Origin: Corallococcus exiguus
GTDB taxonomy: Bacteria > Myxococcota > Myxococcia > Myxococcales > Myxococcaceae
Assembly (NCBI RefSeq): GCF_009909105.1
Contig: NZ_JAAAPK010000002.1
Span: 349,827 to 413,826, forward strand
Length of the DNA stretch: 64,000 bases
Reading direction: 5' to 3'
In this document: in pieces, positions 9,594-19,312 of the stretch
Layout of the letters: each line of letters starts with the position of its first letter
How positions within the stretch are numbered: position 1 is the stretch's first letter
Notes under the pieces: generated by a model
Told to the model about the DNA's origin: nothing
Database searches by the model: none
The model's input: only the letters and a program-made list of their open reading frames with translations
Made by a program: the position numbers and the translations under genes

Positions 9594-9989
9594 GTGTGCG
9601 GCCGACGGCGTGCCTTCTGGAACGTCACGCCGAGAGAGAGCGTGCGCTGTCAGCCCGGTCACCACAGCTTGAGCGTGAAAGGCCCCACCGAGCACCGGAC
9701 GGTTACCTTCGTCTCCGACGCGCGCCTGCCCTTGGACAACAACCGCTCCGAGGCAGCGCTGCGCAAAGCGGCGCTGGGCCGGAAGAACTTCCTCTTCGTC
9801 GGCCATGAGGCCGCGGGCGAAAACCTCGCTGGCCTCTACGCCCTCGTCGCCACCTGCGAAGCCAACGGCGTCAATCCCGAGGCCTACCTCGCCGACATGC
9901 TGCTGCGCGTCCAGACGCACCCGCTTGCGCGCGTCGGCGAGCCGCTGCCGCACGAATGGGAGCGGCTTCGCGCCGCCGACGCTTCCTGA
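9594..9989 (+). pseudogene. IS66-family transposase C-terminal fragment (remnant)
   Basis: DNNRSEAALRKAALGRKNFLFVGHEAAGENLAGLYALVATCEANGVNPEAYLADMLLRV matches the conserved C-terminus of IS66 TnpC. Only ~130 aa of a ~500-aa protein are present. Confidence 0.6.
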
Positions 9990-10183
9990 CGCCACCTCAC
10001 CACGGCATTTCTCCCCGCTGGGACTCGCGGCGCCCGCCGAGCACGGCCAGGGCCTGCCTTCAAGCTCGCCAACACGTCATTGGCCGGACAGTTACGATGG
10101 ATATAACATTTAGCTTGTTCTGGGGCCCCTCTCTGCGGTGGCCCGAACAGCGAGGGGACCAAGGGGCCGGTCTTGCCGAAGTG

Positions 10184-11782
10184 CTATTCACCAACAGGGG
10201 TGTCGATTGGTGGAACACCTTCCTTCTGTTGGGGGACCTGTGCAGAGGCGTTTGCCGGCTGTGCGGCAAGGTGAGTTGGAGTCAAGGAAGGGCTTGCATG
10301 AAGCATAGCTCTTAAGTCGTTTTCGATTTCAGAGAGTATTTTGAGATGAAATATGGCGAACTGGTCGGGATTGAGTCCTTGAGGAGAGGCTGCGCCCGAG
10401 AGTCTCTTGAAGACGTCCGCATGCTTCCTTCGTTTGACCGCTACTTTGTTGCCCTTTCCATGATCGACGTCGTGTCTGATTTCTGTGCGAAGCGTGTTTA
10501 CATCTATGAAGGAAGAAGGTGGCGACTCGCCGAGTCGCTCCCCAGGGCCTTCCCACAAAAGAAAGTAAAGGTTGTCGATCAGCTTTTCATATTCTGCGAC
10601 GTCCGAAATCAAAACTCCAAGGCTTCTCTGTGCCTTCAGGGTTTTGTTTGTTGGCTTGAAGAGGTCTTTGCCGGTGGCGGATTGAGATTTTGTGTTTATC
10701 TGCTCAATCAGTTCTGCGATTTGTTCTGCCTTGGCGAGGACGTCGGCCTTAGGAGTCGTTTTGGCGATGGCTGTGGCGCCAAAAGCACTGGCCAGTTCAG
10801 GGTTTTTGGTGAGGAGCTTTTTGGTGAGGATGCGCTGTCGGGCCTCTGGGCCGGATTTGATATTGGCGTTGATTGTCTTCTGGAATTCGAGGTAGTCGCG
10901 ATCGGTGGCCTTGACCCCTAGTTCTACTTGCTTGGAAAGCTCTTCTGTGAAGGCTTCGGCGAAGCTGGAGAACACCGTCTCGTGTCCAACGGCCTTTCCT
11001 GCTGAGACGAGCGTTGCCGCAAGGGTGAAGATTGATTGAACTATGGTCCGGTTGTGTAGTGCTGGGGAAGGGGCGGGAAAGGATTTGTCGAGAAAGGCTA
11101 GTGTTGATGTGATTCTTTTGGCGACCGCTGATTTTCTTGAGAATGTCGAGTTGTTTTCGAATATCAGCTTGAGGTCGTCAAAGCGAAGGCCTGTTGTGAT
11201 CCCCTTGATTTCGATTGCGCAGGCCTTGGCGGCAATGTCGAGATGTGAGTGGCGGTAGTCCTCGACTTGGCATTTTGACTTGAAAAAACTGTGCTTTGAT
11301 ACGTCGAGTGCGAAGTCGCGCAATTCGCTGTGAATGGCGTTTAGTCTCTCGCTGCTCGTGAGCGGAAGTCCGAGTTGGAGTCTTTGAAAGAACTCCTTGA
11401 GGTCTGATTCAATGGCCCCGGTGATTACGTCGTACTCGATCTCGAAGTCATCGAATTTGTCTGCTATCGCAGTTGGGAGTTCTTTGTAGAGTTTCCCTCC
11501 CATTTGAGTGGGAGAGTCCATAGGGATCTCAAGCTCATTTCCAAAGAAGCGCCAGATGGCCTGAAGGCGCTGCTGCCCGTCGACCACTTCGTACTGGTCG
11601 CTGTCGTTGGACTTCTTGACAAAGTAGAATTTTGGCAGCTTCCATCCGCGTAGGATGCTGTCGATAAGATTCTGCTGAAGCTTTTTGTCCCAGACTTTCC
11701 CGCGTTGCCAATCTGGAATCTCATAGCGACCGCGCCGTGCATAAATCTTGTCGAGAGACCTCTTCTCTGATCTCATTTCCAT
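10184..11782 (-). CDS. DUF262 (ParB/Srx-like nuclease domain, GmrSD N-terminal-like) protein; candidate anti-phage defence gene
   Basis: N-terminal IPDWQRGKVWDKK...VVDGQQRLQAI motif (the DGQQR signature of DUF262). The gene is conspicuously AT-rich relative to its flanks. No DUF1524 H..H motif is obvious in the C-terminal ~350 aa. Confidence 0.6.
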   Translation of the reverse strand: MEMRSEKRSLDKIYARRGRYEIPDWQRGKVWDKKLQQNLIDSILRGWKLPKFYFVKKSNDSDQYEVVDGQQRLQAIWRFFGNELEIPMDSPTQMGGKLYKELPTAIADKFDDFEIEYDVITGAIESDLKEFFQRLQLGLPLTSSERLNAIHSELRDFALDVSKHSFFKSKCQVEDYRHSHLDIAAKACAIEIKGITTGLRFDDLKLIFENNSTFSRKSAVAKRITSTLAFLDKSFPAPSPALHNRTIVQSIFTLAATLVSAGKAVGHETVFSSFAEAFTEELSKQVELGVKATDRDYLEFQKTINANIKSGPEARQRILTKKLLTKNPELASAFGATAIAKTTPKADVLAKAEQIAELIEQINTKSQSATGKDLFKPTNKTLKAQRSLGVLISDVAEYEKLIDNLYFLLWEGPGERLGESPPSSFIDVNTLRTEIRHDVDHGKGNKVAVKRRKHADVFKRLSGAASPQGLNPDQFAIFHLKILSEIENDLRAMLHASPSLTPTHLAAQPANASAQVPQQKEGVPPIDTPVGE

Positions 11783-11866
11783 GCTCGTGACCTCCTAAAA
11801 ACGCTGTTGTGAGTAGAGCGTCCCGCAACCCGTTCAGGGCCGCGTCAGAAAAACCCAAGGAAAACA

Positions 11867-11965
11867 TGGCGGTAGGGCACGGGAATCGAACTCGCCAGGG
11901 ACTGCTCTCGCAGCCCCTCATTGGTTTTGAAGACCAAGCCGGCCACCAGGTCCGGAGGCCCTACC
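11867..11965 (-). tRNA. selC: tRNA-Sec (anticodon UCA), ~99 nt
   Basis: Minus-strand sequence GGTAGGGC...TTGGT-CTTCAAA-ACCAA...GGCGAGTTCGATTCCCGT-GCCCTACC-G-CCA. Shows an 8-bp acceptor stem, a 7-nt anticodon loop with U33 and UCA at 34-36, a long variable arm, a TTCGATT T-loop, discriminator G, and an encoded CCA. D-arm and T-stem pairing were not fully verified by hand. Confidence 0.6.
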
Positions 11966-12007
11966 GCTTCCGATTACCGCCGCTCCGCCCCAGTCCGTCA
12001 ACCGCCG

Positions 12008-12976
12008 TCACGTCTTGCGCGCGGACACCACGGCGTACTCGTCGCAGTTGAACAGCGCGGGCCACTGGAGTTGCTCCGGTGTCATCCGCATCGCCTTGTG
12101 CACGTCCGCGCGCACCTGGTGCAGGGACGTGCTCCCCGGCTGCCTCTCCAGCTGCGTCATGCCCCGCAGCGCCACCAGCGCCGTGTTCACCGCCGGGTAC
12201 ACATCCTCCGCGATGGACTCCACCTTCGCGTCCTGGAACCCCGCCCGCCGCAGCTCCTCCCGGTATCGCTCCGTCGACCAGACGTTCTCCTCCGGGAAGG
12301 CAATCAGTCCCCGCCAGTAGCGGTAGCGCAGCCGCGCTCGGAGTCCTGCTCCAGCCTCACGGTCCGTCTTCTGCGCCATGTCCGCCATCACCAGCCGGCC
12401 TCCCGGCTTCAGCACCCGGAAGGCCTCGCGCAGGAAGTCCTGCCGCATCCGGAAGTGCATCGCGGACTCCAGCGCGAACACCACGTCGAACGCTCCCTCC
12501 GGCCCCGGCAGCGCCGTCGCGCTCCCCACCTCCAGCCGGACCACGCCCTCCAGCCCCGTCAGCTTCACGCGCTCCCGGCCCACCTTCACCTGGTTCGGCG
12601 TGATGTTCACCCCGACGATGCTCGCGGGCTTGAACTCCTCCGCCCACAGCAGGTCCTGGTCCGCGTACCCGAAGCCGCAGTCCAAGACGGCATCCCCAGG
12701 CCCCAGCTTCGCCGTCCTCGCCAACAGGCGCGCCATCTCCGCCTGGGCGGACCGGAACAGCTCACCCACGCGCTCCACGTTGGTGTCGTCCACCTTCTCC
12801 ACGTGCTTCCAGTAGCCCAGGTTGATCCAGAAGGGCTCCCGGCCCGTCGTCACCCGGATGTCGCTCGGCGCGGGCATCCCCGCCACCCAGGCTCCCGTCT
12901 CGTTCGTATAGAAGCGCTCCGGGTCCGCCAGAAACGCACTCTTCAGCCGCGTCGCGACCTGCCTCACGTTGACCAT
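12008..12976 (-). CDS. Class I SAM-dependent methyltransferase
   Basis: The VLDCGFGYADQD (motif I) and VKPGGRLVMAD motifs are present. Start chosen at MVNVRQ (the ORF table extends to 13033). Confidence 0.6.
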   Translation of the reverse strand: MVNVRQVATRLKSAFLADPERFYTNETGAWVAGMPAPSDIRVTTGREPFWINLGYWKHVEKVDDTNVERVGELFRSAQAEMARLLARTAKLGPGDAVLDCGFGYADQDLLWAEEFKPASIVGVNITPNQVKVGRERVKLTGLEGVVRLEVGSATALPGPEGAFDVVFALESAMHFRMRQDFLREAFRVLKPGGRLVMADMAQKTDREAGAGLRARLRYRYWRGLIAFPEENVWSTERYREELRRAGFQDAKVESIAEDVYPAVNTALVALRGMTQLERQPGSTSLHQVRADVHKAMRMTPEQLQWPALFNCDEYAVVSARKT

Positions 12977-13154
12977 CGCCAGCCTCCTGGGCCTTCCATC
13001 CGACGGCCGGAACCCTAGTCCGTGTCTCGGCAATTCCAGGCCTGGCCTGCATGACGGTTTTCACTGGTGAATGAAGCGGGGCCGCTCGTCCGGTGTCCCA
13101 GGGGACGCCTTGCCCGGCGCGTCATCCGAGCTTCATGATGAGCGCTCTTCCGCC

Positions 13155-15554
13155 ATGCGCCGAACCTTCCGTCCCGTCCCCCTGGCACCGGGCTTCCCAC
13201 CGGCGCTCGTCCTGCTGCTGTGTCTGTGTCTGTCCTTGAGCGTCGGGGCAGCCCCGGCGGCGACGAACGCCAGGCCGTTCCGCGTCGGGCCTCCCGCCGC
13301 GTGGGTGAAGCCGCTTCCCATTCCTCCAGACCCCGGCCCGACTCCCGAGGGCGAGGAGGAGACCAGCGTCTCCCGGCTGCTGATCGAGGAACAGGTGCGC
13401 GTGTCCGGCCCATCGCGCGTGCACTACCTGCACTCGGCCCAGAAGGTCCTCTCGCCGCGGGGCATCGACCGCGTCACGGACATCCAGTTCCGCTTCGATC
13501 CGACGTACCAGAAGCTCACCGTCCACGGCATCTGGCGCATCCGCGACGGCCGCCGCGAGGACGTCTTCCAGCCCGCCGAGGCCCGCGTCATCCAGCAGGA
13601 GACCGAGCTCCAGAACCGGCTCTACAACGGCAACCTCTCCGTGGTGCCCTTCCTCCACGACGTGCGCGTGGGCGACACCGTGGAGGTCGCGTACTCCTTC
13701 GAAGGCGCCAACCCCGTCTTTGGCGGACGCTTCTCCGACGTCGTCGGCGTGGGCCATTCCTATCCCGTGGTCCACTTCGCCTACCGGCTGCTGTGGCCGG
13801 AGGGGCGGGGGCGCACGCTCTTCATCCGGGACTTCGCCGCGCCGGGCCTGTCGCGCTCGGAGTCGATGCTGAACGGCGAGCGTGAAATCATCCTGGAGCG
13901 CCGCCACGTGCCCGCGGTCCGCCACGAGGACAACGTCCCCGGCTGGCAGCCCGTCTACCCGTGGATCCAGTTCAGCGAATACAAGGACTGGAACGACGTC
14001 GCGCGCTGGGCCTCCACGCTGTTCCAGGTGCCCGCCCGCTCGAAGTCGCTGGAGCAGGAGGTCCGCCGGCTTTCGAAGGAGCCCACCCCGGAGGCGCGCT
14101 TCCTCGCCGCGCTTCGCTTCGTCCAGGACGAGGTGCGCTACCTGGGCATCGAGATGGGCCCCAACTCCCACCAGCCCCATCCGCCCGACGAGGTCCTCCA
14201 GCGCCGCTTCGGCGACTGCAAGGACAAGTCGCTCCTCTTGGTGTCGCTCCTCAAGGGGCTGGGCATCGACGCGCAGCCGGCGCTCGTGAGCACGGACCTC
14301 ACGCAGCTGCTGGACGGCTTGCGTCCCACCGCCACCGCGTTCAACCACGTCATCGTCCACGCCACCGTGGCCGGCCGCGAGCTGTGGGTGGATCCCACGG
14401 CGACGCTGGAGCGCGGCGGGCTGGACAGCTACGAGCCGCCCTCCTACGGCCGGGCCCTCCTCGTCGCCCCCGGCACCACGGCGCTCTCCGTCATCCCCAC
14501 GCCCACGCTGACGGAGCCCTCCCTCTTCGTGGACGAGACCTACGTCGCGATGGGCCGCGACGGGGCCGCGACACTCGACGTCGTCACCACGCGCACGGGG
14601 GCGGCCGCCAACTCCATGCGCCGCGCGCTCGCGGGCACATCCCTGTCCGAGGTGTCCCGCCTCTACTTCAACTACTACGCGAAGACGGACGCGGACATCT
14701 CCATCGCGAAGCCCATGTCGGTGGACGACGACACCGTGACGAACGTGCTCGTCACGCAAGAGCACTACCGCATCGAGGACTTCTGGACCTCGGACGGTCG
14801 CCGGGAGTTCCGCGCGCATGGCCTGCGCCAGCACCTCGCCGTGCCGAACTACTCCCACCGCGCCTTCCCGCTGGAGGTGGAGCACCCCGTCTTCGCCCGC
14901 CACCGCATCACGCTGAAGGCCGGCGAGCTGCCCCCTGTCAAAACGGAGTACGAGGTCGTGGACGGTCCGGCCTTCCGCTTCGTGGCCGACACCCGCGCCG
15001 AAGGCAAGACGCTGCTGCTCGACTACAGCTATCGCAGCACCGCGGACTCGGTCCCGCCCGAGCGCATCGCCGAGTACGTGAAGGCCCTGCGCGCCACCGA
15101 GGCCCAGCGCGGCTACGCCATCCAACTCAGGAGCCGGGCCGCCCGCCACCAGGCCTCATCCGTTCCGTCCGGCGAGGCGGGTGCCATCCTCCTGGGCGTC
15201 ATCGCGACGTGCCTCGTGCTGTGGTTCGTCATCGCGCAGGGCGGCCCGGTCGCGCTCTGGCGCAAGGGCCGCGCCTGGGGCCGGCGCCGCGCCTTCGCAC
15301 GCAAGTTCGACGCGGACCACCGGGGCGACAGCGCAGGAACCGCCATCCCCATCACCAGCCCCCAGGAGCTGCTCTCCACGCTGGGCCGGCTGCGCTGCGC
15401 CTGCGGAGCCACCAGTGAGGCCCCACGGGAGTCGCTCCGCCACGAGGCCGTCGTCCTGGGCGACCGCCACCTCACCCTGGTGCAGTGGCAGTGCCCCACC
15501 TGCGCCCGAGCCCGCCGCGCCTACTTCGAGGACATGGGCTCGCGCGCCGCCTGA
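13155..15554 (+). CDS. DUF3857 + transglutaminase-like domain protein with C-terminal TM helix and Cys4 zinc-ribbon
   Basis: Signal peptide, then the transglutaminase core (RFGDCKDKSLLLVSLLKGLGI ... NHVIVHATV ... WVDPT: Cys-His-Asp triad). A C-terminal hydrophobic helix and CxxC...CPTC follow. Start at MRRTF (the ORF table starts at 13071). Confidence 0.6.
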   Translation: MRRTFRPVPLAPGFPPALVLLLCLCLSLSVGAAPAATNARPFRVGPPAAWVKPLPIPPDPGPTPEGEEETSVSRLLIEEQVRVSGPSRVHYLHSAQKVLSPRGIDRVTDIQFRFDPTYQKLTVHGIWRIRDGRREDVFQPAEARVIQQETELQNRLYNGNLSVVPFLHDVRVGDTVEVAYSFEGANPVFGGRFSDVVGVGHSYPVVHFAYRLLWPEGRGRTLFIRDFAAPGLSRSESMLNGEREIILERRHVPAVRHEDNVPGWQPVYPWIQFSEYKDWNDVARWASTLFQVPARSKSLEQEVRRLSKEPTPEARFLAALRFVQDEVRYLGIEMGPNSHQPHPPDEVLQRRFGDCKDKSLLLVSLLKGLGIDAQPALVSTDLTQLLDGLRPTATAFNHVIVHATVAGRELWVDPTATLERGGLDSYEPPSYGRALLVAPGTTALSVIPTPTLTEPSLFVDETYVAMGRDGAATLDVVTTRTGAAANSMRRALAGTSLSEVSRLYFNYYAKTDADISIAKPMSVDDDTVTNVLVTQEHYRIEDFWTSDGRREFRAHGLRQHLAVPNYSHRAFPLEVEHPVFARHRITLKAGELPPVKTEYEVVDGPAFRFVADTRAEGKTLLLDYSYRSTADSVPPERIAEYVKALRATEAQRGYAIQLRSRAARHQASSVPSGEAGAILLGVIATCLVLWFVIAQGGPVALWRKGRAWGRRRAFARKFDADHRGDSAGTAIPITSPQELLSTLGRLRCACGATSEAPRESLRHEAVVLGDRHLTLVQWQCPTCARARRAYFEDMGSRAA

Positions 15555-15559
15555 GACGC

Positions 15560-15859
15560 CTACTGGCAGATGCCCGGGCAGTCCGCGCTGCCCCCGGGCT
15601 GGCACGTGTCGGACGGATCATCCACGCAGGTGTTTCCGGACACGTTCCCCGCGCAGCCCCCGAAGAGGCCGCCGCAGCACTCGACATACCCCTCCGGCAC
15701 GTCACACGGCGTCGGGAAGGACTGGCACGTCTCGCTGTCCGAGCGCGCGAACACCACCACCTGCGGACACGTGCGCGGCTCTTCGTCGTCGTCGCCCAGA
15801 CAGCCCGTCAGACCCAGCACCGCCATCAGCCCCAGCTTCGTCCATGCATGCATGGCGCG
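15560..15859 (-). CDS. Small Cys-rich lipoprotein
   Basis: MRAMHAWTKLGLMAVLGLTGC lipobox followed by ~12 Cys in 80 aa. Start uncertain (the ORF table extends to 15904). Confidence 0.4.
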   Translation of the reverse strand, partial: RAMHAWTKLGLMAVLGLTGCLGDDDEEPRTCPQVVVFARSDSETCQSFPTPCDVPEGYVECCGGLFGGCAGNVSGNTCVDDPSDTCQPGGSADCPGICQ

Positions 15860-15882
15860 CATCAGGGCAGGGGAGAACGGCG

Positions 15883-16956
15883 CTAGTCCAGCCCCCGCTC
15901 CCACAGGTCGTCTTCATCCAGACCCATCAAGTGACCGACTTCGTGCATCACCGTGATGCCAATCTGTTCGATGAGTTCCTCGCGGGTGCGTGCGAAGCGC
16001 TCCAGGTTCTTCTGGTACAGCACGATGGAGGGCGGGAAGTGATCCGCCGCGTCCATCACGCTGCGCTCGCCCACGGGCGTGCCCCGGAACACCCCCAGGA
16101 TGCACGGTGACAGTGGCGGCTGCTGACCCAGCAGGTCCTCATCCGACGGCAGGTCCTCCACCGCCAGCGTCACGTTGTCCATGTACTGCTTCACCTGGGA
16201 GGGCAGGGCGCGCATCGCGTCCTCCACCGCGCGGTCGAACGCCGCCTCCTCCAGGGCCACCGGCGGCGGCAGCTCCTCCGGGGCCAGCGCCTGCGCCCGG
16301 GAGAAGCGCTTCTTCGCCTCCTTCGCATCCTGGCGCCGCTCCGCGACCAGCCCCAGGTAGTGGTGCGCCCAGGCCTCGTCCGGCGCGTCCTTCAACACCC
16401 GCTCGAAGGCCTCCTGCGCGGGCGCGAAGCGGCACAACTCGAACAGCGCGATGCCCCGCTCCAGCTGCGCGTCCGTCGAGCGCGGCATGTGCGTCAGCGC
16501 CTGGTCCAGGATTTTCAGCGCGGACTCACATTCCCCCAGCTGGTTGAGGCCCATGCCCTCCAGGAGGAGGAACTCGTAGACGAGCTCCACGTCATCGGCC
16601 CGCTGCGCCAGCTTCCGCCCGCGGCCGCACCACTCCAGCCCTTCCTCCACCGCCTCGCGGTCCTCGCCGGTGCGGCAAACGAGGAACTCCGCCGCGCCAA
16701 AGAGGATCTCCAGGTCTTCCGGGGCCATCTTGAGGGCGGCGCCATAGGCCTTGCCCGCGTCCTCCAGGCGACCCACCTCCACCAGCGCGGCGGCCCGGTA
16801 GTGCAGGGCTTCTGGTGAGTCCGGAACGTCCCGGAGCAGGGCGTCGGCGCTGGTGAGCGCGGCCTCGAAGTCCCGCGCCTCGAAGGCGTCAGCGAGCCCC
16901 TCCAGCCGCGCGTCCACGCCTCGCGCCTCCCCTTGCTTCGCCATGCGCTTCGCCAT
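15883..16956 (-). CDS. TPR-repeat protein with C-terminal zincin-like metallopeptidase-fold domain
   Basis: N-terminal TPR-like helices. The C-terminal ...VMHEVGHLMGLDEDDL matches the small zincin-like (putative Zn-peptidase) domain. Confidence 0.5.
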   Translation of the reverse strand: MAKRMAKQGEARGVDARLEGLADAFEARDFEAALTSADALLRDVPDSPEALHYRAAALVEVGRLEDAGKAYGAALKMAPEDLEILFGAAEFLVCRTGEDREAVEEGLEWCGRGRKLAQRADDVELVYEFLLLEGMGLNQLGECESALKILDQALTHMPRSTDAQLERGIALFELCRFAPAQEAFERVLKDAPDEAWAHHYLGLVAERRQDAKEAKKRFSRAQALAPEELPPPVALEEAAFDRAVEDAMRALPSQVKQYMDNVTLAVEDLPSDEDLLGQQPPLSPCILGVFRGTPVGERSVMDAADHFPPSIVLYQKNLERFARTREELIEQIGITVMHEVGHLMGLDEDDLWERGLD

Positions 16957-17044
16957 TCGGGCCGGCAGCTAAGAAGCCGTCCTTCGCGTTGTCAACGACC
17001 GGCGTCGCTGTTACCTTCCAGCGCCCCGTTTTGGCCCGAACCCC

Positions 17045-17401
17045 GTGAACATCCTGGTCGTCGACGACGATTACGAGCTGTGCACCATGCTCTCTCGCTA
17101 CCTGGAGATGCATGGCTACACCGTGTTCTCGGCGTCGGACGCGCTCCAGGCCCTGGACATCATGGAGCGTCACCCCGTGGGGCTGGTCATCACCGACTAC
17201 CTGATGCCCCACCTGGACGGCATCCACTTCACGGAGATGCTGAAGGCGGACCCCCGCTTCCAGCGCATCTCCGTCCTGATGATGACCGCCAGCACGGACG
17301 CCAACATCTCCGACCGGGGCCTGCGCAAGGGCGTCGCCATCACCCTGCAGAAGCCCCTGGACATGGGGCAGCTGCTCAACCTCGTGCGCTTCGCGGAGTA
17401 G
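17045..17401 (+). CDS. Single-domain response regulator (CheY-like receiver)
   Basis: ILVVDDD...D (phospho-Asp in VITDYLMP) ...T...K receiver signature. 118 aa. Confidence 0.75.
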   Translation: MNILVVDDDYELCTMLSRYLEMHGYTVFSASDALQALDIMERHPVGLVITDYLMPHLDGIHFTEMLKADPRFQRISVLMMTASTDANISDRGLRKGVAITLQKPLDMGQLLNLVRFAE

Positions 17402-17479
17402 GGCCTTCCCGGGCGGCCCGGGCCCCCCACCCGGGCGGGCCAGTAGGCGTCCTCAGGCCCACACGTCTGCCCCTTTCCG

Positions 17480-17507
17480 TTGACATCGTCGATGCGGCCC
17501 TTATGTT
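17480..17507 (+). promoter_or_regulatory. Sigma70-like promoter (TTGACA-16-TATGTT) upstream of groEL2
   Basis: ttgacatcgtcgatgcggcccttatgtt, about 75-100 bp upstream of the groEL2 start. It overlaps the CIRCE element. Confidence 0.45.
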
Positions 17508-17532
17508 GGCGCTCGACATGGCCGAGTGCTAA
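17506..17532 (+). promoter_or_regulatory. CIRCE operator (HrcA binding site) TTGGCGCTC-N9-GAGTGCTAA
   Basis: Inverted repeat with a 9-nt spacer. The right half is a perfect consensus and the left half has 2 mismatches against TTAGCACTC. Confidence 0.65.
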
Positions 17533-19224
<1,692 letters not shown>

Positions 19225-19254
19225 GCCGACGTAACGGCTCCGTAGCTTCGTAGG

Positions 19255-19312
19255 GTTTCCGGCCCCGGTGGGCTCCGCGAAAGCGGGGCGCCCGGGGCCG
19301 GAGTCTTTTTCA
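19255..19312. terminator. Bidirectional rho-independent terminator (GC-rich hairpin + T-run)
   Basis: ccggccccggtgggctccgcgaaagcggggcgcccggggccgg followed by agtcttttt, between convergent groEL2 and the histidine kinase. Confidence 0.45.

Larger units (their letters stand above)
6940..11965. mobile_element. Degenerate genomic island integrated at tRNA-Sec (selC), flanked by direct repeats; no integrase retained
   Basis: Bounded by the partial tRNA copy (6940) and the intact tRNA-Sec (11867..11965). Contains a toxin/immunity module, an IS66 transposase fragment, and a low-GC DUF262 gene (~50% GC against ~69% background). Confidence 0.5.

Noticed and set aside
13122-15149. 675-aa minus-strand ORF
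   Set aside because: Entirely antisense to the DUF3857/transglutaminase gene. Arg/Gly/Ala-rich low-complexity translation typical of high-GC shadow ORFs, with no motifs.
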